DNA of 34,131 nucleotides, from positions 1 through 34,131 of the IMG/VR virus record IMGVR_UViG_3300032331_000926; one strand, written 5' to 3'. A program made the translations under genes and the position numbers. This stretch comes from a virus. Below are positions 1 through 7,263 of the stretch, in pieces. Under the pieces are notes generated by a model, which was not told the origin of the DNA, ran no database searches, and worked only from the letters and a program-made list of their open reading frames with translations. Position 1 is the stretch's first letter, and the number at the start of each line of letters is the position of its first letter.

Positions 1-123
1 GCGCGGTTGTGACGCACCACGGGGTTTAAACAAGTCCATGATTACTCCTTACATTGCGGGGGGTTGAGGTGCGCCACCAGGAGCCATTCCCGGTATAGCG
101 GGTGCTGCTGCCATTGCCTTGCC
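1..123. repeat. Left copy of exact 123-bp direct terminal repeat (identical to 34009..34131)
   Basis: Read directly: bases 1-123 (gcgcggttgtgacgcaccacgggg...ccattgccttgcc) recur base-for-base at 34009-34131. The repeat is cut by both window edges, so it may be longer. Confidence 0.95.
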
Positions 124-522
124 CTCTGGCGTTGCACCACCAGCCTGCGGCAAGTTCTGAAGCATTTGCATGATCTCGGCGTTTTGCAATTCCTTGGTTT
201 TTTCTTTCTTTCCACCAAGCATTCCTGACAGTGAGCGCAGGACTTGCAATGCCTTCATGCCTTCAGGCGATTCGGAACCGAATGCCGGAAGTGCTTGTTC
301 AATCAAGTCCATCGCCATCGAGAGGTTAATCATCGCCCCCTCTTTGTTTCCCATTTTGGGTTCGGGCGTGGACATTGGAGCAGCCATGGGCGGTGTCTCA
401 GAGTCAGACATATTCCCCATGCCCATACCTGGCTCTGCACCAGGCGTAGGGCCAGCAGCAGGCGTAGGCGCTCCGCGCTGTCCTTTAATCATTTCCATCA
501 ATCGGTCTGACGGTACGCTCAT
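49..522 (-). CDS. Hypothetical Met/Pro/Gly-rich protein (157 aa), located between portal and scaffold genes
   Basis: Longest ORF at this locus. AGGGA lies 6 nt upstream of the ATG. Its TAA stop overlaps the AAGGAG Shine-Dalgarno (SD) of the next gene (ATG at 39 = 34047). 19 of 157 residues are Met, in a low-complexity P/G/A-rich sequence. Confidence 0.6.
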   Translation of the reverse strand: MSVPSDRLMEMIKGQRGAPTPAAGPTPGAEPGMGMGNMSDSETPPMAAPMSTPEPKMGNKEGAMINLSMAMDLIEQALPAFGSESPEGMKALQVLRSLSGMLGGKKEKTKELQNAEIMQMLQNLPQAGGATPEGKAMAAAPAIPGMAPGGAPQPPAM

Positions 523-543
523 GGTTAATCCCTAAGTTATCCG

Positions 544-573
544 AATAGTGGCAAGCACTTACTAACTTGTCAA
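544..573 (-). promoter_or_regulatory. Candidate sigma70-type promoter for the capsid-assembly genes
   Basis: Minus strand reads TTGACA (573..568), an 18-nt spacer, then ACTATT (549..544), about 25 nt upstream of the ATG at 522. The -35 is perfect, the -10 is weak, and the spacer is 1 nt long. Confidence 0.3.
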
Positions 574-633
574 GTTAAAAAAATGGGGGCTATATTTTCC
601 CACCCGCCCCGCAGGGGTAGACCCTTTCGGGAA

Positions 634-672
634 TTACTTGCGAGCCTTACGGCCTTTGCGAGCTTTACGCAT
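634..672 (-). CDS. Micro-ORF 2: 12-aa polycationic peptide MRKARKGRKARK
   Basis: atgcgtaaagctcgcaaaggccgtaaggctcgcaagtaa on the minus strand. AGGAG lies 6 nt upstream (gtagttAGGAGtgaatcATG). The stop is followed directly by G/C-run hairpins. It is too short for the ORF track. Confidence 0.35.
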   Translation of the reverse strand: MRKARKGRKARK

Positions 673-746
673 GATTCACTCCTAACTACAGAGGAGGCGA
701 TCTATTTGAAAGGGAAGAAAGCCACACCCTATTCCTTACGGAATTT

Positions 747-788
747 TTACCGACGAGTCTTGCGGGTACGCTTCATTTTCTTGTACAT
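747..788 (-). CDS. Micro-ORF 1: 13-aa polycationic peptide MYKKMKRTRKTRR
   Basis: atgtacaagaaaatgaagcgtacccgcaagactcgtcggtaa on the minus strand. AGGAG lies 6 nt upstream (gtagttactAGGAGtacaccATG). The stop is followed by the hairpin ATTCC-GTAA-GGAAT (744..731). Confidence 0.35.
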   Translation of the reverse strand: MYKKMKRTRKTRR

Positions 789-958
789 GGTGTACTCCTA
801 GTAACTACGAGTTGAGGAACGTCCATCAGACCGGGGTGTACTCCGGCTGGAATAGTTTTTACCACCCTGCACGCGGTATTGCAAGGCTGGTTCTTGTCTG
901 CCCAGCGATTGCGTACTTACGCGAGGTTGGTCAGCTTTGGGTTGGGTATTGCCTGGGT

Positions 959-2605
959 TCATTCTCCACCTACCGCTTTCAGGTCTGGTTTAGCCCCGCC
1001 TTTGCCCGTAGGCTGGGGAGGCTGTTGCGCCGCAGCAACGGCTTGCTTTTCTTCCATACGCTTGAGCCGGTCTTTCAGTTCCTGCTTCATGGGCGGCTCT
1101 AGCAGGTCAAGCAAGGATTCCTTGTCAATGGCCTGGGCCTTGAACAGGTTGAATGCCAGTGCGCGTAAATCCTCGGTGAAGATCGGGCTGTTGCTGTGCG
1201 CGTCCACTTTGACCGTGTAATCTTTTGTGAATTGCTCGGCAACAAAGGGAACTTTCTCGGTGTCTTTGAAGTGAGTATCATCGTATGCCTGCATCAGCTT
1301 CAAATACAGCGTAGATACCTTTTCCAGCGCATCCTCAACAATGAGGGCGCGTTTCTTAGCGCGGCTGGAACCTAGACGGGCAAGCTGGCTGGCGTGTCCG
1401 GCAGACCGGACTCCTGATTCACCCTTGCCTTGCAAGACGTTGCCAATGCCTGAGACTTCCTCAAACATCCTGTCTATCTGATTTAGAGATTCATACAGGT
1501 CTGATGGAATAGTGGGCGCTAACTTCTCTACCTTGGCATTAGGCATATCGGTAGACAACAAGCCGCCGGCACGGTTCAGGGCGAAGTTCTTTTCGTCCAG
1601 GATGCCAGAGAAGCCCATGAGGGCAGTCGGCGGCGCAACCTGCTTGGACAGCAAGTCTAGAATCTCGGTCATCCGGTTGTTTCGCATCTGCTGCAAATAG
1701 ATCAGACGCTGGCACTCGGACTGCCCCCAGAAATAATCGTACTGGGGGTTGGGGCAAATCTGAATGAAGGGCAGTTCGCCTTTCAAGAATACAGACTCAC
1801 CTGGGCGGTCATAGATAACGATGTCTGGTGAGGCCATGGTAACTACTTGATAGTCCATGGTTTCATCGTTCCAAAGCCACAGTTCCTTCATCTCTACTGT
1901 GTCCTCGGAAACTTGAGCCTTGTAACGGTTGTACCCGTCCAAGCCCATGTTGACGTTACCCATCATGGTGGGATCGCTAGAGGACAGCACGATACGGTCT
2001 ACGCCGTTGGGCGTATCGGTAATCGGTGGGTTGTAGCTAGAGGTAATACGATCAAGAATCTGCTCACGCTTGGGATGGCTGTATAGACGCGACATCAACT
2101 CAGACTTGGTAATGTAGTACGTCTGAACCATTGCCTCTTGCCGGTCAAGGTAAGGCGAATCCTCGCGCAGCACTCCCATCGCACCCGGCTCTACCATGTA
2201 CGGGTGAATGCCGTTGTTGTAGATTAGTTTGATGAAAGTCGAGTTGTAAACCAGTGACCAAGTGATTGCGGAACTAAATACTTGGTCGCAGTTGCTGTTG
2301 AGCCACTCATCGTTAAGCGCTTGCGTCAGCACGGGAATCTTGCGGTGCTCTTGCTCGGGGACAGACGCACCTAGGTTGATGCTAAAGCGCGTTGTCTCGG
2401 CTGAGTAGAGGAACGAAGTTAGCTGGTCAAGGTGCGGATAGATTTTGTTGAAGATTGCAGGCGAATCTTCTGGGCCACAGCCAAACAAATAAAACGAGCG
2501 CAGACTTGCATAGTCCGGGCCACGTTCATCCCGAGACACCATGCACTTCTGGATGATCTCAAGGTAGAACGATTCACGTTCACTGGCTGGTTTAGGAATC
2601 CGCAT
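959..2605 (-). CDS. Portal protein (putative)
   Basis: 548-aa ORF in the same operon as the large terminase and upstream of the scaffold and capsid genes. Size and position are typical of podovirus-type portals. This is a positional call with no diagnostic motif read by eye. Confidence 0.7.
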   Translation of the reverse strand: MRIPKPASERESFYLEIIQKCMVSRDERGPDYASLRSFYLFGCGPEDSPAIFNKIYPHLDQLTSFLYSAETTRFSINLGASVPEQEHRKIPVLTQALNDEWLNSNCDQVFSSAITWSLVYNSTFIKLIYNNGIHPYMVEPGAMGVLREDSPYLDRQEAMVQTYYITKSELMSRLYSHPKREQILDRITSSYNPPITDTPNGVDRIVLSSSDPTMMGNVNMGLDGYNRYKAQVSEDTVEMKELWLWNDETMDYQVVTMASPDIVIYDRPGESVFLKGELPFIQICPNPQYDYFWGQSECQRLIYLQQMRNNRMTEILDLLSKQVAPPTALMGFSGILDEKNFALNRAGGLLSTDMPNAKVEKLAPTIPSDLYESLNQIDRMFEEVSGIGNVLQGKGESGVRSAGHASQLARLGSSRAKKRALIVEDALEKVSTLYLKLMQAYDDTHFKDTEKVPFVAEQFTKDYTVKVDAHSNSPIFTEDLRALAFNLFKAQAIDKESLLDLLEPPMKQELKDRLKRMEEKQAVAAAQQPPQPTGKGGAKPDLKAVGGE

Positions 2606-3090
2606 TACTTCTTGACCCCAAGGTTTTCATGGTCTGCTATATAACTTGCGGCGCGTGGGCCTGTCAAGTTCCCCGCATCTTTGGGGTTCATGCCTACCGG
2701 CTCACCCTTGATAGATTGTACGGCGTTTCCTGACAGAATGGATTGCATATTCAATCCCTTCATCCCGCCGCCCCAGATCGCTGAGTCCCCAGGACGGGCC
2801 TCTTTGACTGCCTGCGCCTCGGCAACCTCCGGCGGCACATCCGCATTCTGGCGCTTGTAGTAGCCAGCCTGACTGTCACCCTCTCGCGTGGACTTGATGT
2901 CGGTCATCTTGAAGTCCATGGCAAGCTGCTTGATGGTCTTGTCGCTGCCTTTGGTCTTGTCACTAAGCATACCGGGGGCTTGCAGGTGGACAATCATCAC
3001 GCCTTCCTCACATCCTTCCGGGCAAATAGCGGCATACGCCTCAAAGTAGCCATGTTCCGGGCATTTATAGTCATTAAGTATGCGTGCCAT
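2605..3090 (-). CDS. Hypothetical protein, 161 aa, N-terminal Cys/His cluster
   Basis: Its stop overlaps the portal start by 1 nt. The N-terminus reads CPEHG...CPEGC (possible zinc site). No family recognised. Confidence 0.55.
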   Translation of the reverse strand: MARILNDYKCPEHGYFEAYAAICPEGCEEGVMIVHLQAPGMLSDKTKGSDKTIKQLAMDFKMTDIKSTREGDSQAGYYKRQNADVPPEVAEAQAVKEARPGDSAIWGGGMKGLNMQSILSGNAVQSIKGEPVGMNPKDAGNLTGPRAASYIADHENLGVKK

Positions 3091-3092
3091 AG

Positions 3093-3485
3093 TTATCTCC
3101 TTAATTGTTCGTCTATATCAAGATTAGAGTAGTCAGCCTTGTTTTTAAGGCCAATTCTCAGCTTTATTTGCCCGTTTTGCACTTCCAAGCCCATAGAACG
3201 GGCCACTTTAGGCTTGGCTTCCTTGCGGTATTGGACGAATCTGGTCTGGTCACGGTTCATCATTACTGCTATTTCCCCCCGCACCCAGGATTGATACCCC
3301 TTGCTAACCCGGCGCTGGACGTACTCAGTAAGGGGTTCTTCCTCCTTAATGAACACCAGGCGCAGGATTGCCACCGATACACCACACAATTCGGCAAACA
3401 GGGGGATGCTGATACCCCGATTTTTGTCTGCCAGGAACCTCTTTATGGTGCGTTTAAGTTCTAGGCGGGGGATGACTGGTTGCAT
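3093..3485 (-). CDS. Hypothetical protein, 130 aa, possible HTH
   Basis: The segment ISIPLFAELCGVSVAILRLV looks helix-turn-helix-like. Only one Met start is available, and it overlaps the methyltransferase 3' end by 25 nt. A small-terminase role cannot be shown. Confidence 0.5.
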   Translation of the reverse strand: MQPVIPRLELKRTIKRFLADKNRGISIPLFAELCGVSVAILRLVFIKEEEPLTEYVQRRVSKGYQSWVRGEIAVMMNRDQTRFVQYRKEAKPKVARSMGLEVQNGQIKLRIGLKNKADYSNLDIDEQLRR

Positions 3486-4117
3486 AACAAGGTTTTTTCC
3501 TTTTGCAAAACAAAGCAGTAGAAGGTTTCCTTCATGGTCTTTCCCTCTGCTTGCAAGTCAAACACAACTTGACGGTAATCCTTAAGGGCGAAGCCTGCAC
3601 GGGCAAATAGGTTGAACCACATCTTGTCACCCAGGATAGAGAAGTGGTTGGGGTTCCCCTCATGCACCCGGTCACAGTTGGGGGCTGGGACTTCAACGTA
3701 CAAGAAGCTGCCCTCTTTGATAACCCGATTGAACTCTATCAGGGTGAACAGCGGGTAGGGGCTGTGTTCTAGGGCGTGTCTGCACCAGAGCAGGTCAATG
3801 GACGAATCAAGCGCCGACAAGTCAGAGAAATCTTCCTGCACGGCGGGAAAGCCTTTGGCTTCGCAAGCGTCACAATCTTCCGGGCTGTAGGTAACGCCAC
3901 ACAGTTTCAGAAAACCACGCAGCATCATCTCCTGCATGAACGCACCCTGACCGCAACCAACGTCTAGGACGGCGGCGGTGTACTCCAGCTTCATGGCAGG
4001 GACGAATGTCTCAATGGCCTGCTTGATTAGCGGGGTATGAAAGTTGGGGGTATCGGGTTCCGAGTAGATTGTGTTGTAAACAAACTCCTGGCACTTTGTA
4101 AACTTATCCTGGTTCAT
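3461..4117 (-). CDS. Class I SAM-dependent methyltransferase (non-DNA type)
   Basis: Motif I VLDVGCGQGAF and a downstream LWCRHALEH (LEH-type) motif, as in the Methyltransf_11/23-like families. No DPPY/NPPY or PC/ENV DNA-methyltransferase motifs. Its start overlaps the terminase stop. Confidence 0.8.
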   Translation of the reverse strand: MNQDKFTKCQEFVYNTIYSEPDTPNFHTPLIKQAIETFVPAMKLEYTAAVLDVGCGQGAFMQEMMLRGFLKLCGVTYSPEDCDACEAKGFPAVQEDFSDLSALDSSIDLLWCRHALEHSPYPLFTLIEFNRVIKEGSFLYVEVPAPNCDRVHEGNPNHFSILGDKMWFNLFARAGFALKDYRQVVFDLQAEGKTMKETFYCFVLQKEKTLLCNQSSPA

Positions 4118-5871
4118 TGGAAACCTATCCTTTTCAAGTAGTCACCTACGGTTCTCTGGCTGATGTCCCCGATTGCGCCGTTGTCTTGCTTGGGTTCCAG
4201 CTTCTTTGAACGATCACGGGTATGGCGCATCTGGATGAGGCGGGGCTGAACCTGCTCGGCAAAGGCAGCGCAGGCCAAGGCCGAGGCAATTACCCGGTCA
4301 TCCTTGTTCCTGCCGGAAGCCTCAATGCTTGCGCCGTCACGGATGATGGTTTTCATTTCCTCGATGGTGTCGATAGACTTGACATCCATCATGCCGCGCT
4401 CAAAGTAGTCCTTCATGTAGGACAGCATCCGTTCCTTGGTCTGGCTTGTAGTCTGCCAGCCAATGCTGTTGCTGATGCCGCCCATGTTGTCGTTGCGCCG
4501 CCAGAGGTAGTTGGTCATGTGCGACAGAACGTCCATTAAGTCACGGCCTCGCTGACCTTCCAGCATGGACGCTTGCCTCTTGAGGTTTCTTAACTCATTG
4601 ATGACCGCCTGCCCTGGCCCATTGATCTCGAGGTTGAGGGTGGAGTTCTTGTAAGCGCCAGCAATGTGGGCGATGGCCCAAGCGAACTGGTAGGTGTTCA
4701 TCTCGCTAGTGGCAAACTCTAGGACGTGTTCCAGCCCGTCAGCGTAGGCGCGATAGACCTGGATGCAGAAGCGGTCAGCCCAATCGGACGAACCGTAAGC
4801 AGGGTCAGCGCCAATGACGTAGTAGGCCGAGTCGATGGGTTCTTCCCAGACCTTCAGGCTGGCAAGGCGCTCGGTAGACTTCATGCACTCGGTGTCAGTG
4901 AAGTTTGCACCCATGCTGTAGCGGTAGTAATCCGGCAGCAATTTCTTAGCGGCCTTCATTGCGTCCGTACACCGGGAGTTGCTGAAGTAGGAAGTGCCGG
5001 TCATCACGAAGGCATAGTCCTCGGTGGGCGGGAACTCCTGATACATCAGCGCATCGTCCTTGATGCCCTCATGCAGCTTCCAGCGCCACCAAGCCATCTG
5101 ACGGGAATTGATCTCTACGTCATAGAGTTTCTTGATGTCCCGTGTCCACTCCCGTTCCTCTGGGGTCAGCTTGCCGTCCCAGTAGACCTTGTAGGTTTGA
5201 CTGTCTGCCGGCAAGGAATAGAACTGGTTACGCCACCAGCCGCAGAAGATCGCCCGCTGAGTCTTGGCTCGCTTGGCAGTGGTGTACATATCGTGGAACA
5301 TATTGAAACCCTGGGCGGTACTCTCGAACATATAGAGGCGTTCAGGGTTCGTTTCAGCCAAGGATGCAATCAGGGAGGCTAGACCCTCCTCATTGCCCCA
5401 AGAGGCTGTTTCCGTGCCGTGCAGGTAGGTGATTGCCTTACCCTGACCCAGACGGCTCTTGTTGCCGGCTATCTGGTAGAAGATACGGGAACGGTTCTTC
5501 AGCACCATCTGGTTTCTGTTATGGGCTATCAGGGGTATCTTGTACTCCTTGGGTAGCCCATCCATGTACATGGCAAGGGTAGACCGGAACATATCCCGGT
5601 TCTCCTCGGTGTCAGATACCAACGTACCTTGCCAGCCAGGGTGAATGAATTGCCAGTACAGATCGAGGGCGAGGCTGATGGTTGTGATACCAAGCTGTCG
5701 GCCCTTGAGGATGACGAACATATGGATGCCCTCATCCAGACCTTTGGCAATCTCATCCATGACATAGGTCTGTGTGCCCAGCAGGGTGTCCATCTTACGC
5801 AGGCCCTGCTCCTTGGTTTCGATTTGGAGTTGGGCGCAGAAGGCGTAGAACTGTTTGAGGTTGAACTTCAT
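4114..5871 (-). CDS. terL: Terminase large subunit
   Basis: 585 aa. Walker-A-like ILKGRQLGITT near the N-terminus, and a C-terminal nuclease-type segment YYVIGADPAYGSSDWADRF. ATGA overlap with the upstream glycosyltransferase. Confidence 0.88.
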   Translation of the reverse strand: MKFNLKQFYAFCAQLQIETKEQGLRKMDTLLGTQTYVMDEIAKGLDEGIHMFVILKGRQLGITTISLALDLYWQFIHPGWQGTLVSDTEENRDMFRSTLAMYMDGLPKEYKIPLIAHNRNQMVLKNRSRIFYQIAGNKSRLGQGKAITYLHGTETASWGNEEGLASLIASLAETNPERLYMFESTAQGFNMFHDMYTTAKRAKTQRAIFCGWWRNQFYSLPADSQTYKVYWDGKLTPEEREWTRDIKKLYDVEINSRQMAWWRWKLHEGIKDDALMYQEFPPTEDYAFVMTGTSYFSNSRCTDAMKAAKKLLPDYYRYSMGANFTDTECMKSTERLASLKVWEEPIDSAYYVIGADPAYGSSDWADRFCIQVYRAYADGLEHVLEFATSEMNTYQFAWAIAHIAGAYKNSTLNLEINGPGQAVINELRNLKRQASMLEGQRGRDLMDVLSHMTNYLWRRNDNMGGISNSIGWQTTSQTKERMLSYMKDYFERGMMDVKSIDTIEEMKTIIRDGASIEASGRNKDDRVIASALACAAFAEQVQPRLIQMRHTRDRSKKLEPKQDNGAIGDISQRTVGDYLKRIGFQ

Positions 5872-6590
5872 ACAGCCTGCCAGGGCATGATGTCCCCGTA
5901 CTTGTCTTTCATGTAGGCAATCCCGTCCTCAAAGAACTTGCGATTGCTGGAAGTCTCATTGCCGCCCAGCCTGAAGCAGTTAGTGTGCAGCTTGCTGCCT
6001 TTGAACTTAGGAAAGGCTTGCTTGGCAAGGGTGTATGCCAATCGGTCTGGCCCCCACTCACGGGAGTTGTAGACCTGCGAGATGGTGCGGTAGCACTCTG
6101 TTCGCATAGCAACCGAGCCTGTAGGGGCAAAGGTCTTGCCGGGGGTGTTCCATGAATGATGCTCCTCGCCCAGACACTCGCAGATGTCATCAAAGAGGAA
6201 AGCCCCATCCTTGTCATAGACCGACATCAGGCTGTAGGCCCAATCGTAACCCTGCTCAATGATTGCCATCAGGGACTCGACATGGTTGGGTTTGAACCAA
6301 TCATCATCTTGGAGCATGAACAGCACATCCTCATTGATGAGGGGCGCACCCGCTGCCAGCAAACGCCGTCCTTCCAATCCCTTGCCACCGATCTTTCCAG
6401 GCCAATAAGCCAGATGCACGTTGTCAGACTGGTAGGTATAGACCAGGCCCATGAACTGATCGTAGGTCATTACCCCGTCTGTAGACAGGTATATCTGTAC
6501 CGGATAGGTCTGAGCCTGCAAGCTGGAGATGCACTGGGCCAATTCTTTCCTACCCAGCGTTGGAACCAATACTGCTGCTGTCATCGACAT
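5868..6590 (-). CDS. Family-2-like (GT-A) glycosyltransferase
   Basis: N-terminus AAVLVPTLGRKELAQCISSLQAQTY is typical of GT2, with the DxD-type motif LQDDDW. The start is taken at MSMTAAV (6590). ATG 6584 forms an ATGA overlap with the upstream ORF. The track start at 6656 adds an unlikely 22-aa leader. Confidence 0.78.
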   Translation of the reverse strand: MSMTAAVLVPTLGRKELAQCISSLQAQTYPVQIYLSTDGVMTYDQFMGLVYTYQSDNVHLAYWPGKIGGKGLEGRRLLAAGAPLINEDVLFMLQDDDWFKPNHVESLMAIIEQGYDWAYSLMSVYDKDGAFLFDDICECLGEEHHSWNTPGKTFAPTGSVAMRTECYRTISQVYNSREWGPDRLAYTLAKQAFPKFKGSKLHTNCFRLGGNETSSNRKFFEDGIAYMKDKYGDIMPWQAV

Positions 6591-6805
6591 TGCCGTAACG
6601 CCTCTCGGTATGCACCCCTGTAAGGGTCGTTGGGGTCTTGCTGCCCCGTTCTCCACCAGTCCTTGATTCTCTCTTGGTAGAGGTCATCTTTCTTCCAGTA
6701 GTCGTGATACTTAATCAACTCCTGGACGATGAACTTCTGGTTCAGGTCTGACACCCTTGGCCTCCCCTTCATAGTCCGAACACACCCGGAAGGAAATGAT
6801 CTCAT
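6581..6805 (-). CDS. Hypothetical small protein, start uncertain (ATG 6805/6772, GTG 6754 or TTG 6718)
   Basis: Its stop is coupled to the GT start (cgATGAca). GTG 6754 has GGGGAGG 6 nt upstream. The 5' part conflicts with the hidden ORF 6711..6878 in another frame. Confidence 0.4.
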   Translation of the reverse strand: MRSFPSGCVRTMKGRPRVSDLNQKFIVQELIKYHDYWKKDDLYQERIKDWWRTGQQDPNDPYRGAYREALRQCR

Positions 6806-6878
6806 TCAGGTGGCAGTACACCCCATCCGTGAACGGAATCGGCTCACTGTGCCGGCAATTCTTGCACTCAGCAATCAC
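6711..6878 (-). CDS. Hidden 55-aa Cys-rich ORF (CxNC...CH), GTG start
   Basis: GTG overlaps the TGA of the 79-aa gene (GTGA), with GGAGG 5 nt upstream. Translation: MIAECKNCRHSEPIPFTDGVYCHLNEIISFRVCSDYEGEAKGVRPEPEVHRPGVD. It shares C-x-N-C-x13/14-C-H with the 97-aa protein at 10508..10801. Confidence 0.45.
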   Translation of the reverse strand: MIAECKNCRHSEPIPFTDGVYCHLNEIISFRVCSDYEGEAKGVRPEPEVHRPGVD

Positions 6879-7114
6879 AACACCCTCCACACCCTCACAC
6901 CACCTTCCACCCGCTTGGCAGTGTACTTGGTGTTATAGGCTTTAGCTGCTTTCCTATTCTTATTGCATACATAGATAAGCAAGTTATTCCTATCTTCATT
7001 AACTAGGAAGCTATCTCCCACTTGCATCTGACTGTACGGATACACCCCACCTTTAGCCTTAGTCCTAGCTTCCGGTATTGCAATACCCTTCTCCACTTCA
7101 ATCACGTTATCCAT
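6875..7114 (-). CDS. Hypothetical protein, 79 aa, first gene of the leftward arm
   Basis: GGAGG lies 5 nt upstream of the ATG. KGIAIP...YPYSQMQVGDSFLV resembles a small conserved phage protein I cannot name. Function unknown. Confidence 0.6.
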   Translation of the reverse strand: MDNVIEVEKGIAIPEARTKAKGGVYPYSQMQVGDSFLVNEDRNNLLIYVCNKNRKAAKAYNTKYTAKRVEGGVRVWRVL

Positions 7115-7263
7115 AAGAACCTCCGTTAAAGAGTTGGCACGATATCACAAAACACGGATTTTCTTTGGGGGGGGTGGCGTATGGTGACTCCGCACATAGG
7201 CCCTCCAAGTACCATCGATGGGCGCAGGGTATAAGTGAGCAAGCGCTGACTGACTAATGACCA

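Noticed and set aside
1-123. Terminal repeat as an LTR/IS-type mobile-element boundary
   Set aside because: The copies are direct, sit exactly at the window ends and lie inside continuous coding sequence. There is no transposase and no target-site duplication.
583-1220. Plus-strand ORFs 583..801, 812..1102 and 879..1220
   Set aside because: They lie antisense to the portal 3' end and to the micro-ORF/hairpin units, have no SD, and give implausible translations.
3461-4117. DNA methyltransferase (anti-restriction) interpretation of the SAM methyltransferase
   Set aside because: The catalytic DPPY/NPPY (N6/N4) and PC...ENV (C5) motifs are absent. The motif pattern fits the small-molecule/protein class I methyltransferases.
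7247-7260. TGACTGACTAATGA, with stop codons in all three plus frames, as a deliberate or engineered insulator
   Set aside because: It is a short motif in an intergenic region, and such clusters arise easily in AT-rich non-coding DNA. Nothing else supports engineering.
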